The position numbers and the translations under genes were made by a program. From IMG/VR virus record IMGVR_UViG_3300017783_000021, positions 1 through 58,262 of that record: 58,262 bases of DNA, one strand, 5' to 3'. Positions 34,639 to 44,559 of this stretch are shown here, piece after piece (within the stretch, counting starts at the first letter, position 1; every line of letters starts with the position of its first letter). The stretch is from a virus. Taxonomy: Duplodnaviria > Caudoviricetes. The notes under the pieces are model-generated. The model did not search any database, was not told the DNA's origin, and saw only the letters and a program-made list of their open reading frames with translations.

Positions 34639-36981
34639 ATGCCATATACTATTAACAGAACAGACGGAACAACATTAGTAACACTAGCAGACGGTGTAGT
34701 TGATACAACTACAGATTTACAATTAGTAGGTCGCAATGTTGCTGGTTACGGTGAAATACAAAATGAAAATTTTGTCAGACTATTAGAAAATTTTGGCTCT
34801 ACTACAGCACCAAGCAAAGCACAGGTAGGCCAACTTTGGTTTGATAAAACAGTTAATTCACTTAGACCTGCTGTTTTTGATGGAACACAATGGCGTCAAT
34901 TAGGAATTGTACAAGTTTCAGCAACAGAACCTAGTAATAGAAAAGAAGGTGACCTATGGTGGGATTCTGCAAAGAATCAATTATATGCTTGGTCGGCCGA
35001 TGGTGACAATCATGTACTTGTAGGTCCTGAGGATTTAATATCTTACAGTGTTACTAAATGGGTTTCAATGGTACTAACAGATACAAGTGCAGTAGATCAT
35101 CCTGTTACAGTTGGTTATATCAATAACGTTGCATATGCTGTTATCGCTGACACAGAATTTACTATTGATCAAACAGCAACACCGTTACCTAACTTTACTA
35201 AATGTTATAGAGGTACAGTATTAAAGGGTACAAATGCAAATGGTGTAAGTACAGACACAAAAAATCATGGTACTGCAACTGATGCTGATAGATTAGTAGG
35301 TAAAGCAGGTGATACATACGCAAACAGAGAAGAAAACGAAATCATTACTGGAGTATTCAACTTTCAAAACAATAATGGTATTAATGTTGGTCCCAATAAT
35401 GAATTAAAAATTAATGTTGATAGTGTTTCTGGAAACGCTGGAGTCAACAATGAAACAAATGACGTATTATCATTTGGTGTAAATTACACAGGTAGTGGTG
35501 CAGACAAAACAATTTTCTACATAGAAGGCAAAGACGTAAAACCTTATGCAGACAATCAAGTGAATCTAGGTGCGCCAACAATGAAATATAGAAATATCTA
35601 TGCAGATGCTATATATTCAAATGTGGTTGGTGATGCATTAGGTAACTTTAGTGGTACATTAACAGGTGCAGTAACAGGTAACGTAACAGGTAACGTAACA
35701 GGAACAGTAACTGGACCTACAATTGGTACAGTCAAAGCCACTGGCGGTAAAATTATTGTTAACAACGACTTACAAATAGCATTAACAACTGCTGGCAGAG
35801 ACGGCGAAGCAGGTAATTACGAAGGTTATTTTGACGGAACAGCAAAATATGTTGTTGACGGAGTGTATAGAACTAATAATCAAACTATTAGCGGAAGCAA
35901 AACATTTTCAGCCACACAGAATTTTAATGCCGCAGTTAATGTTAACCATACGTTAAGTGCAGACAATGTTAATATTACCGAAGGTACAATAGGTAGTAAC
36001 GGCAACACAACAAGATTACAGTATGCAACTATTGATAATTCGAATATTGAAGATACAAACATAATTAGAGCGACAATCGACAATGGATCAACTATTGATA
36101 ATAGTGCGTTAGGTACTTTAGGTATCCTAAGTAATGTTAAATCAACTAAATTTACAGATGCAAACGACGTATCATTTAAATTTGTAAGCACAGATGGTAC
36201 ATTTGGTAATGCTGATAACAATACTGTTGTTACACAATTAGCAATTAAACAATATGTAGACGATAAAGTAGGTGCAATACCAAAAGATTTAACGTTTCAC
36301 TTAGATACAAGGGATATGAATACAAATGCTGTTAAAGCACAGTTAGAAAGACTTGCACCTGCCGCTGGTTATGCCGCAGGAACTAAGGCAAGAATACTAG
36401 GATCGCATTACTTTTCAAATATACCTTCAGGACAATTCTATCGTAGATACGGAACTAATACTGGTGTAAGATATGGTATTGGTTATATTGGTGGTAGAGC
36501 ATATTCATATACTGGTGTAAAAGCAAATGTTAATGATTTGATTAATGCTAAAAGTGCTATTACAGGATATGAATTTGTTAAAAAAGGTATTGGTGCATCA
36601 ACTACGCAAATTGTTAATGTAACAGCAGATCCTTTTGTAGATGATTATGCTGACAGTTATTGGATTGTAACAGATAGAGGACTAACACAAAACCAAGCAG
36701 ATTATATTGGATTACCACAGGCAGTAAATGCAAGAGTTCTTGTATTCCAAGATGGTGTTGCAGTAGGTTACGCATATGATGAAACTACAATTAACATGGA
36801 TGGTTTAAAATCAGGCTCACGTTTAGGTAGAGGAACATATACTGGAAATGATTTTGTAATTGAATGGTTCCAATTAGGAGGATTATTCAGCAGTGATCCT
36901 AATACACAGTATAGTACTTACAGTTATGATATTACAAAAACTATATTAAGCGGAAGTTGGGAGTTTGTAGGAAACTTTTAA
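34639..36981 (+). CDS. Tail fibre protein (paralogue 3)
   Basis: Shared N-terminus LVGRNVAGYGEIQNENFVRLLENF...GQLWFD; GNVT repeats. Confidence 0.75.
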   Translation: MPYTINRTDGTTLVTLADGVVDTTTDLQLVGRNVAGYGEIQNENFVRLLENFGSTTAPSKAQVGQLWFDKTVNSLRPAVFDGTQWRQLGIVQVSATEPSNRKEGDLWWDSAKNQLYAWSADGDNHVLVGPEDLISYSVTKWVSMVLTDTSAVDHPVTVGYINNVAYAVIADTEFTIDQTATPLPNFTKCYRGTVLKGTNANGVSTDTKNHGTATDADRLVGKAGDTYANREENEIITGVFNFQNNNGINVGPNNELKINVDSVSGNAGVNNETNDVLSFGVNYTGSGADKTIFYIEGKDVKPYADNQVNLGAPTMKYRNIYADAIYSNVVGDALGNFSGTLTGAVTGNVTGNVTGTVTGPTIGTVKATGGKIIVNNDLQIALTTAGRDGEAGNYEGYFDGTAKYVVDGVYRTNNQTISGSKTFSATQNFNAAVNVNHTLSADNVNITEGTIGSNGNTTRLQYATIDNSNIEDTNIIRATIDNGSTIDNSALGTLGILSNVKSTKFTDANDVSFKFVSTDGTFGNADNNTVVTQLAIKQYVDDKVGAIPKDLTFHLDTRDMNTNAVKAQLERLAPAAGYAAGTKARILGSHYFSNIPSGQFYRRYGTNTGVRYGIGYIGGRAYSYTGVKANVNDLINAKSAITGYEFVKKGIGASTTQIVNVTADPFVDDYADSYWIVTDRGLTQNQADYIGLPQAVNARVLVFQDGVAVGYAYDETTINMDGLKSGSRLGRGTYTGNDFVIEWFQLGGLFSSDPNTQYSTYSYDITKTILSGSWEFVGNF
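35671..35702 (+). repeat. 12-nt coding tandem repeat (VTGN)n
   Basis: GTAACAGGTAAC x2 plus partial copy. Confidence 0.8.
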
Positions 36982-37463
36982 TGTATGAAATTAAGAAAGA
37001 ATTTATTACTAACGTAGATGAGATTATGTTGCTAGTAAAAGAGCATGAAAGCAAATTTACTAGAAGAGGAAAAGGCGCAAAAGACAGGCACGAAACGAAG
37101 TACGGTAAAAGTAACTTTAGTTCTTTGTTTATGAAAGATATGAACGAAGAATTAGTTGAAACTATTTGGAAAACAATACCAGATGAACGTAAATGGTGTT
37201 CACAAGTAGTAGTAAACAAATATCAACCGGGTGATTGGCTAATCAAACACCAAGACAGTGCCGGAGGATATTGGAAGTTTTTGTTAGTTTTTCTAACAGA
37301 AGGTGAACCGCACTTTAAATACTGGGACAAGAAAGATAATGAAGTACTTGTTCAAGAAATAAAAGGAGCAATGTTTGATATGCCAATTGATACTTGGCAT
37401 GAAGTAACGGAGATAAAAGAAAATGAAGACCCGAAATATAGTCTTTGTTTGATATGGGAATAA
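36981..37463 (+). CDS. 2OG-Fe(II) oxygenase superfamily protein
   Basis: VVNKYQPGDWLIKHQD (HxD)...WHEV...KYSL; start likely at the TAATG overlap at 36981. Confidence 0.8.
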   Translation: MYEIKKEFITNVDEIMLLVKEHESKFTRRGKGAKDRHETKYGKSNFSSLFMKDMNEELVETIWKTIPDERKWCSQVVVNKYQPGDWLIKHQDSAGGYWKFLLVFLTEGEPHFKYWDKKDNEVLVQEIKGAMFDMPIDTWHEVTEIKENEDPKYSLCLIWE

Positions 37464-37468
37464 AAATT

Positions 37469-37942
37469 ATGGCTGAAAAAAGTATGACATTAATGTTTAA
37501 TAAATCCAACGGTGCAATGATTGGCGGATTTGAAACAAGTGAAACACCGGCACAATATTTAGAAGGTGTACGGTATAAAACACTGGCGTATGATCCAGAA
37601 ACACATGCTTATGTTGGCGATTATGCAACAGGTAGTATTCAGGAAATTCCTGAAGATGATAATCAATATATTGACGAAGAATTACTAGATAATAATGTTG
37701 AAGAAAATATTATTAGAGAATACCCAATATACACACAACTTAATATTATTATGGATGTGTTACATAACAATTCAGATATTGTTAAAACAAAAGAATTTTT
37801 ACAAATGATGTCATTCATCGAAGATGAACGTGCTAAAAATGCGGCTCGAAAAGAAGTTTACAAAGCAGATGATAGTCCTTACAACTACGTTTCAAAAGAA
37901 GATTCTATCGCTGATGTCAACACTAGACTAGATCAAGATTAA
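37469..37942 (+). CDS. Hypothetical protein, possibly fibre assembly chaperone
   Basis: Acidic 157-aa ORF between fibre genes; EYPIYTQL motif; start reassigned to the ATG at 37469. Confidence 0.55.
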   Translation: MAEKSMTLMFNKSNGAMIGGFETSETPAQYLEGVRYKTLAYDPETHAYVGDYATGSIQEIPEDDNQYIDEELLDNNVEENIIREYPIYTQLNIIMDVLHNNSDIVKTKEFLQMMSFIEDERAKNAARKEVYKADDSPYNYVSKEDSIADVNTRLDQD

Positions 37943-37944
37943 GG

Positions 37945-37950
37945 TAAATA
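37945..37950 (+). promoter_or_regulatory. Late promoter TAAATA box
   Basis: TAAATA-CACTT-ATG, same spacing as at 12119 and 12594. Confidence 0.55.
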
Positions 37951-37955
37951 CACTT

Positions 37956-39719
37956 ATGCCATACATAGTAAACACATATAACGGACAGCAAATTGCAATA
38001 GTAAACGATGGTGCTATTGATCAAACTACTGATATTAAATTAATTGGTAGAAACTATGCTGGCTTCGGAGAGATTCTTAACGAGAACATGATTAACCTCA
38101 TGGAAAACTTCTCCGGTACTACACCTCCACCGAGACCACTTGCTGGACAGTTATGGTATGACTCAGCAAACAAGGTTTTAAAATTTTATGATGGTAACCA
38201 GATGCGTATTGCAGGCGGTGCTGAAGTTGGACTTATACAACCGACAGGATTAGCAAAAGGTGATATGTGGTGGGAAGAAGATGGTGAACAGTTATATGTT
38301 TATAATGGTGAAGATTTTATTCTAGTTGGTCCAGTTGCATCTGGTGGTGAAGGTGTATCACAGGTTAATGTTGCAACAATTAAAGATACGTTAGCAAATG
38401 ATAGAACAATTCTTAAAGTTACTGTACAGGATCAAGTAATTAATATTGTTTCAAAAGATGAATTTACAATAGACAACAGTGCAAATCCTATTGCAGGATT
38501 TAGTGCAATCAAAAAAGGTTTAAACCTTGCAAGTAAAACTACATTTCCAGGAATGCGTTATTGGGGAACAGCAGATGATGCTGATAATCTAGGCGGAATA
38601 CCAGCGGCACAATATGTTCTTAACAGTGGACTACAACAATTTAGTGATGTAGTAAGTTTCTTAAATGATAATGGTATTGTATTAGGTGCTGGTAGTGATT
38701 TAAAATTACATATTACAAACGGTGATCAAGTTAACTTAACAAACCAAGTAGGACGTATTATTAGATTTAACGTAAACAATCTTGGTGCAGGTGCAGTTAA
38801 TGTAGGAAGATTTGAAGGTCCAGAATTTTTACCTGGTGCAAATAGCACAGGAAGTATTGGTAGTAATAGTAATAGATGGGCAAATGGATTTTTTGATAAC
38901 GTTAGTATTGAAGCAAGTGGTGCATTAAATGGTAATGTTGTAGGTAATGTTACAGGTAATGTTACAGGAAATACAACAGGAACACATAACGGCAACGTTC
39001 AAGCAAGTGTTGGTACAAGTACATTTAACAACGTAACAGTTGGCGGAGTGTTGACAGCAGATCTAACAGGTACATCAACAACAGCAACAAAATTAATTAT
39101 TGATGCAGGTACTGCATTTACAGCAACAACATCTACTCCGGCGGCAGTTGATAAAAGATCGATTGTAGCACGTGATTCTTCAGGAGAAGTATTTGCAACG
39201 GTATTCAATGGTACAGCAACAAACGCAACGTCATTGGGTGGAGCAACAGCAGACATCACTGCAACATCTAACACTATTGCACAAAGAGATTCAGATGGTG
39301 ATTTAGTTGCACGTAAATTTGAAGGTACAGCAACAGCGGCACAATTTGCTGACTTGGCAGAAATTTATAAAGGTGACTTAGAGTACGAGCCCGGTATAGT
39401 ATTAGTATTTGGCGGCGAAGAAGAAGTAACAACAACTGATAAATTTTGTGATCATAGAATTGCAGGAGTTGTTTCAACAGAACCGGCACACTTAATGAAC
39501 TCAAACGCAGACGGAATTGCTGTAGCATTACGTGGTAGAGTTCCGTGTTATATTGAAGGTCCTGTGAATAAAGGTGATTTAATTGTTACTAGTCCAAAAA
39601 ATGGAATAGGTACAGCATTAACTAAAGATAGTGCATTACCAAATTCATTATGTGTACTTGGAAGATCGCTTGAAAACAGCACTGACACAGGTATTAGACT
39701 AGTAGAAATAGTAGTGTAA
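37956..39719 (+). CDS. Tail fibre protein (paralogue 4) with C-terminal intramolecular-chaperone-like domain
   Basis: Shared N-terminus; C-terminal ADLAEIY...AGVVST...VALRGRVPC...KGDLIV. Confidence 0.75.
   Translation: MPYIVNTYNGQQIAIVNDGAIDQTTDIKLIGRNYAGFGEILNENMINLMENFSGTTPPPRPLAGQLWYDSANKVLKFYDGNQMRIAGGAEVGLIQPTGLAKGDMWWEEDGEQLYVYNGEDFILVGPVASGGEGVSQVNVATIKDTLANDRTILKVTVQDQVINIVSKDEFTIDNSANPIAGFSAIKKGLNLASKTTFPGMRYWGTADDADNLGGIPAAQYVLNSGLQQFSDVVSFLNDNGIVLGAGSDLKLHITNGDQVNLTNQVGRIIRFNVNNLGAGAVNVGRFEGPEFLPGANSTGSIGSNSNRWANGFFDNVSIEASGALNGNVVGNVTGNVTGNTTGTHNGNVQASVGTSTFNNVTVGGVLTADLTGTSTTATKLIIDAGTAFTATTSTPAAVDKRSIVARDSSGEVFATVFNGTATNATSLGGATADITATSNTIAQRDSDGDLVARKFEGTATAAQFADLAEIYKGDLEYEPGIVLVFGGEEEVTTTDKFCDHRIAGVVSTEPAHLMNSNADGIAVALRGRVPCYIEGPVNKGDLIVTSPKNGIGTALTKDSALPNSLCVLGRSLENSTDTGIRLVEIVV
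38931..38968 (+). repeat. 12-nt coding tandem repeat (GNVT)n
   Basis: GGTAATGTTGTA GGTAATGTTACA GGTAATGTTACA GG. Confidence 0.8.
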
Positions 39720-39770
39720 ACTACGTATATAATGGTGTCTTAAACGCATTTTAAGCGTCATACAGCGGTG

Positions 39771-40448
39771 TTAGTTACTTTGTAATACGTTTGACGCCAT
39801 AGGAAAAATTTCAGCAATAACAGACGCACAAGCCTTTGCAATATCCATATGTTCTTTTTGGGTACCGTTAGCACCACGCAATTCAATATAATGGATCCAA
39901 CTACGTAGAGTACCGTTCATATACAATGTAGTTTTGGTTATACCTTCGGGTAATACCTTACGTGCTTGTTCTTTGGCAATGCCTTTTTTGATTGCCCAAT
40001 CGTATTCTTTTTTGGCAAGATGTGCAATACGCATTTGTGCATGTAACCAATCAAGTTGTAATTTTTCATCTTCTACTTCGATTGAATTCTGTCTATTCTT
40101 TGTATCTTGCAATCTTGCTTCGCTGTATTCGAACATTTGATCTTGTTCATCAGGGTTAGCATATCGTTGACTAAACTCTTGGAATGCAAAACTACGATGA
40201 CGTACAATTTGGTGTGCAATGTCCCTAGTTGTTTTTATTTCTAAACAAGCGTTTACCATTTCTAGCGGTGACCAATGAGCGTGTTTGATTAGATAATTAA
40301 TTAAACGTTCACTTGTTTCTGTGTTAATTTGTGCAGTTGGGTTTGAAACCTTTGCACAAAAGGCAATAAGTTCTTGTAGGTCAGTTAAACCTTCTTGTTC
40401 AAATTCTGCTGTTGCTTTACTATAACTTATCAATTTAACTTGTGTCAT
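39771..40448 (-). CDS. thyX: FAD-dependent thymidylate synthase
   Basis: HWSPLE; RHRSFAFQEFSQRY signature; EQARKVLP. Confidence 0.97.
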   Translation of the reverse strand: MTQVKLISYSKATAEFEQEGLTDLQELIAFCAKVSNPTAQINTETSERLINYLIKHAHWSPLEMVNACLEIKTTRDIAHQIVRHRSFAFQEFSQRYANPDEQDQMFEYSEARLQDTKNRQNSIEVEDEKLQLDWLHAQMRIAHLAKKEYDWAIKKGIAKEQARKVLPEGITKTTLYMNGTLRSWIHYIELRGANGTQKEHMDIAKACASVIAEIFPMASNVLQSN

Positions 40449-40807
40449 TTCTTTTTACCTTGCCTTTTAATTTTAAAATTTACTTTTTTAGTAAATGCAT
40501 TTCGTGATTCATTTACACTATCTTGTAACTTCTCTAGCATTACACTAAAGTCAATAGTTTCTATTTGGTTTTTGTATTGAGTAATAACAGTATTAACTGT
40601 TGCAGTTGCTTGATCAATTGAATGGGATTTCCGCACAATATCCTGTACGTCAATTACATATTTTTCTTTTGTTTTGAGATTTAGTATTAGATGCTTCAGA
40701 TACTTTATGGGAAGACTTTTAATATTAATAGAACTTAAAACGTCTTCCCAATTAGCATCGAAGTTTGATTCATCTACGTATAGTTTACCGCGAGGACCTT
40801 TGGCCAT
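40445..40807 (-). CDS. Hypothetical protein
   Basis: 120-aa ORF overlapping both neighbours. Confidence 0.7.
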   Translation of the reverse strand: MAKGPRGKLYVDESNFDANWEDVLSSINIKSLPIKYLKHLILNLKTKEKYVIDVQDIVRKSHSIDQATATVNTVITQYKNQIETIDFSVMLEKLQDSVNESRNAFTKKVNFKIKRQGKKK

Positions 40808-41367
40808 TACGCATCAACTTTTTTCCTAGTTGAAGATGCTTTTTTAGGCTCTGCAGGCGGATCCATTTCATCTGCTCTGCGTCTTAGCGATACAACTTCT
40901 TTATACAATGCATCTGCTCTTTGTCTATAGTTTTTAGCAATAGTCATTTTATTGCCTTCTTCATCTGGTTCAGACTCAGGTTTGATTGCAAGTTCAGATA
41001 CATCAACACCTCTTTGAGATGCGATTTCTTCATTTAGTTTATCTAAATTAATCCAACTCTCACGTTGTGGTGTAGGTGTAATTGTTATTTCTTTTGTTTC
41101 TACTTTTACCAAGTAGTTTGATCTGCTAAGAGCACTTAAGATGTTACTACCGTCTGCAAATTTTCTTACTGCAAGTACAGTTGCAACTTCTTGTGCATCT
41201 TGACCGTTGTTTGATTCAACAACTTTGAATAGTTCATCATGCCAACTTGGATTTAACTTCTCCACTGGAATGACTAATGCACTGTAAGGATCTCCTGGCA
41301 GTGTACGATAAGCAATGACAACTTTTTTACCGTTGACATTTCCTACGTGTTTAATTGCTTGTGCCAT
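40807..41367 (-). CDS. Hypothetical protein
   Basis: 186-aa ORF, AAGGAG RBS. Confidence 0.75.
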   Translation of the reverse strand: MAQAIKHVGNVNGKKVVIAYRTLPGDPYSALVIPVEKLNPSWHDELFKVVESNNGQDAQEVATVLAVRKFADGSNILSALSRSNYLVKVETKEITITPTPQRESWINLDKLNEEIASQRGVDVSELAIKPESEPDEEGNKMTIAKNYRQRADALYKEVVSLRRRADEMDPPAEPKKASSTRKKVDA

Positions 41368-41378
41368 AATTTTCTCCT

Positions 41379-41684
41379 TTAGGCTGTCGGCGCTTGAGCC
41401 GGTGCCTCTGGTTGACCTTCTTTATTTTCTTCTGCTGGTTTCACTGCATCAAGGAATTGATTTAGTCTGTTATAAGTGTTTCCTACAACAGCCATTTCAG
41501 CCGCCTTAAATGTTCCACGTGAACTTGCAACATCGATAATAGTTTTTAATGCCTGTAAATCTGTAACTGTTAAGTCTGGACTTGCAGGATTCGCTGGGTT
41601 GGCAGGATGATTTGCATCAGGTTTAATCTGACTAGCACCTGTTTCTGCCTTCGGTGCTTCCGTGTTTTCAACTTTTTCGTTCAT
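41379..41684 (-). CDS. Hypothetical protein
   Basis: 101-aa ORF, AAGGAG RBS, (PAN)-repeat linker. Confidence 0.75.
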   Translation of the reverse strand: MNEKVENTEAPKAETGASQIKPDANHPANPANPASPDLTVTDLQALKTIIDVASSRGTFKAAEMAVVGNTYNRLNQFLDAVKPAEENKEGQPEAPAQAPTA

Positions 41685-41710
41685 AAATAGAATCTCCTTC
41701 GTACATTTAA

Positions 41711-42019
41711 TTATACAACTTCACACTCGTCATCGCTAAGAACTGAACAAGCAAGACTGAAATATGATAGTTCTGAGCCCTTTTCGAAGCCAATTTGGCA
41801 AATATTTTCTAACTTGTTATCAATAATTTTTAAATTTGGAACTACTGAGAACCTACCATCGAGGTTATTGTAAATCCAATTTTTAATATCATCAGCAACA
41901 TTGTCTACTCTCCAAGTTGTTATTCGAACATCAATTTTTTCAAAATGAATTGGCATTGTGTCTAATTCTCTTATACCTAATATGTTTAACGGATTAGGAT
42001 CTTGCATTAAGAGTTTCAT
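41711..42019 (-). CDS. Hypothetical protein
   Basis: 102-aa ORF coupled to the upstream stop. Confidence 0.65.
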   Translation of the reverse strand: MKLLMQDPNPLNILGIRELDTMPIHFEKIDVRITTWRVDNVADDIKNWIYNNLDGRFSVVPNLKIIDNKLENICQIGFEKGSELSYFSLACSVLSDDECEVV

Positions 42020-43311
42020 TATGCCGCCTCTTTTGCATCATAGTAACATGTTACACCGTGTGGTGCTTCTATAGAAGTGTCTGAATGAATTACCCATACT
42101 GTATCACAGTAATTCTCATCACCCCAGTTCCATGAATACCCATCTGTAAATACTAAAAGTTTTTTTGGTGTAATACCATGCTCTTTCATGTATTGCCAGT
42201 TTGCATCAAAGTCAGTGCCGCCTCCGCCTGCAAGTTCATAATCTTCGATTGTTTCACCTGCATCAGGAGTAAAATCTTGTTCATTATAAACTTCAGTATC
42301 AAAGCACCATACTTTAATTTTGTAATCATCGTATTGATCACAAATTCCTTTTACTTCACTTAGAAAATCTCTTGCTTCACTGCTACCAATTGAACCAGAC
42401 ATATCAAGTGCGATAGCAATATCAATAGTATCTTCAAAGTCCATGCCAGGAAGTACTGCTGATGTGTGCCAACCTTTACGTGAAGGTCTCATAAATGAGT
42501 AATTACTTTTAATAGTAGACTGAATTTGTTGATTCAGTATTTCACGCCAGTTCATTTTAGGTCCAGTAAGTTCTTTAATAATACGTTGTACACCTTTAGG
42601 AACATTACCAACACCAGCCGCCTGTGCAGAACTAACCATTGCTTCTTTCATTTCATCACGAATTTTTTTAAGTTCTTCTTTTGAATATGTTGGTTGTTTA
42701 CCTTTACCGCTTTTACCTTTTTTAGTTTTACCTGCAGGACCTTGACCTTTACCCTTTTCCCAATCAATATGTTCGTCAAGCAATCTACCTAATTGTTCAA
42801 GTTGTTCTTGATCATATTTTTTAAAGATATCATCATATACAGCCTCTGATGCCCAACCGTAATATTTAGGATCATGAAAGGGTTTAACCTGTGTAATCAT
42901 CTCGCCAATATTATGACGAATCAAATCACCGTTAACACAATAGTCAGCGGCAATGTTATAAATTTGTGCATCACGGCTATCTCTACGTGTAAAGTGATCA
43001 TATACACAGTGTAGGATTTCGTGTCCAAATAAAAATTCTGTTTGTTTTTGTGTTAGTTCGTTTACAAAGTTTTCATTATAATAAAAGTTACGACCATCTG
43101 TTGCCGCCGTTGCACACCAATCAGTTGCGTCAATAATTTTAAGACGTGTAGCAAGATTACCAAAAAACGGTTGACGTATTAAAAGGGCAATACGAGCCGT
43201 TGTTAATTTTTCTAATACTTTAGTACTATCGAACTTTGACAAGACCTTTTCATAGATCTTACCATCTATCATTGTTTGTTCTACTGCGGTTGTTTGTTGT
43301 GACATGTTCAT
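42019..43311 (-). CDS. Metallopeptidase-VWA domain protein (DUF2201-like), MoxR partner
   Basis: TAATDG, HEILH zinc motif, MIDAS DMSGS, GGGGTDF, FTDGY. Confidence 0.88.
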   Translation of the reverse strand: MNMSQQTTAVEQTMIDGKIYEKVLSKFDSTKVLEKLTTARIALLIRQPFFGNLATRLKIIDATDWCATAATDGRNFYYNENFVNELTQKQTEFLFGHEILHCVYDHFTRRDSRDAQIYNIAADYCVNGDLIRHNIGEMITQVKPFHDPKYYGWASEAVYDDIFKKYDQEQLEQLGRLLDEHIDWEKGKGQGPAGKTKKGKSGKGKQPTYSKEELKKIRDEMKEAMVSSAQAAGVGNVPKGVQRIIKELTGPKMNWREILNQQIQSTIKSNYSFMRPSRKGWHTSAVLPGMDFEDTIDIAIALDMSGSIGSSEARDFLSEVKGICDQYDDYKIKVWCFDTEVYNEQDFTPDAGETIEDYELAGGGGTDFDANWQYMKEHGITPKKLLVFTDGYSWNWGDENYCDTVWVIHSDTSIEAPHGVTCYYDAKEAA

Positions 43312-43331
43312 TTGCTCCTAACTATAATAAT

Positions 43332-43359
43332 AGTATAGCATCTTTAAGAGTATTGTCAA
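43332..43359 (-). promoter_or_regulatory. Sigma70-type promoter
   Basis: TTGACA-N16-TATACT with TGn extended -10. Confidence 0.65.
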
Positions 43360-43360
43360 C

Positions 43361-43936
43361 CTAAAATAACGAAAGATATTCAGTCTGCATGTCCATTTTG
43401 GCTTTACTATATGAGTAATTTGGACATGAAAACCCGGCTGTAAAGTCTCCTGGTTTAAAAACATAAGTTATCATACCACTTGGCATTTTGGAAGTTTTTA
43501 AACCATCTCCGGCATCTGTAACAAATGGTAGTAGATCTATTTTGGAAATAATACCTACCGCTTCTTTATCACATACAAGTAGATAATCTGCATACGATTC
43601 TGGTAATGTTCGTCCGTAACTTGAACCTCGTGAATTCATAAGTTGTAGATCTGCTACATGTTTTTTAGGTCTTTTTGTTTTTGATGTAAACAATGATCCA
43701 GCACCGTATTTCATTTCAATTGTAATACCGTCAGGCCCAATGTGATCAACACCCTCTTTGTTTACATACTGTAATTTTCCATCTGAAAACATTTCTAGTG
43801 AACGTTCAAATAAATCACTTTTATCAAAACGTAATTTGCGTTCATTAAGTTCGTCGCCTACTGTTTCAACAAGTGAAAGATACTTGCTCCAGTCTACAGT
43901 AGTGTTTAACCAATTTGATAGTTCTACAGTATTCAT
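43361..43936 (-). CDS. Putative PD-(D/E)XK restriction-endonuclease-fold protein
   Basis: E...GVD-x8-IEMK pattern. Confidence 0.55.
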   Translation of the reverse strand: MNTVELSNWLNTTVDWSKYLSLVETVGDELNERKLRFDKSDLFERSLEMFSDGKLQYVNKEGVDHIGPDGITIEMKYGAGSLFTSKTKRPKKHVADLQLMNSRGSSYGRTLPESYADYLLVCDKEAVGIISKIDLLPFVTDAGDGLKTSKMPSGMITYVFKPGDFTAGFSCPNYSYSKAKMDMQTEYLSLF

Positions 43937-43962
43937 TAATTTTTCCTTTTACAACTGTACTT

Positions 43963-43991
43963 ATTATAACAGAAAAATACCTAAAGGTCAA
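43963..43991 (-). promoter_or_regulatory. Sigma70-type promoter
   Basis: TTGACC-N17-TATAAT. Confidence 0.65.
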
Positions 43992-44000
43992 ATGATTTGG

Positions 44001-44504
44001 TTAATTAAAAACCTTATCGTAAAATGGTTTCAGCCTAGCCAAAACATTATAATAATCTTTTTTATCTTTGTATAATTTCTTTGGAACTAGATCACCTGCT
44101 AATGTGCTTTTGATCATATTACAATCTAAGCATAAAGTTTGAGTATTTTGATCACAATGGCTCCCGCCGTCTCGTTGTGTTTCGATATGATCTACAAATA
44201 ACATACCCCATGCTACACGATCACGTATTAGTTCGTTGTCGATTAACTTAACTTTAGGATGTTCCCATGGATTATGATTACATATATCGCACTGTTTCTT
44301 TTTATGAAATGTCCACGGACGATCTGTTCTAGCAGGCCCGCCGTATTCTCTTAATAGACTTTGATGTTGTTCACAGAGTCTTGATCCTTTACCTTTATAT
44401 TTAGAAGAGTTTTCATTACAGTAAGGAAGTGAACAAGTAGCAGTTATAGAAGTTTTTATACCAGCATAACCTTGAATGTATCTTTGGAAAAAATGTTTGC
44501 TCAT
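44001..44504 (-). CDS. HNH endonuclease with zinc-binding motifs
   Basis: CDIC...VDHI...GGSH..NTQTLCLDCN; extra N-terminal C-x4-C...CxxH. Confidence 0.85.
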   Translation of the reverse strand: MSKHFFQRYIQGYAGIKTSITATCSLPYCNENSSKYKGKGSRLCEQHQSLLREYGGPARTDRPWTFHKKKQCDICNHNPWEHPKVKLIDNELIRDRVAWGMLFVDHIETQRDGGSHCDQNTQTLCLDCNMIKSTLAGDLVPKKLYKDKKDYYNVLARLKPFYDKVFN

Positions 44505-44519
44505 ATCAGACTCTTTCTA

Positions 44520-44550
44520 ATAAAGCGAGGGGATCCGAGGAGACCCCCTC
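44520..44550 (-). terminator. Rho-independent terminator-like hairpin after the MoxR gene
   Basis: Minus strand GAGGGGGUC-UCCUCG-GAUCCCCUC then GCUUUAUU. Confidence 0.6.
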
Positions 44551-44559
44551 TATAGTTAG

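Noticed and set aside
30799-39719. Diversity-generating retroelement or invertible fibre cassette
   Set aside because: No reverse transcriptase, recombinase, TR/VR pair or flanking inverted repeats seen
39739-39756. CTTAAA/TTTAAG inverted repeat at the convergent junction
   Set aside because: AT-rich and weak, without a U-tract; insufficient to call a terminator
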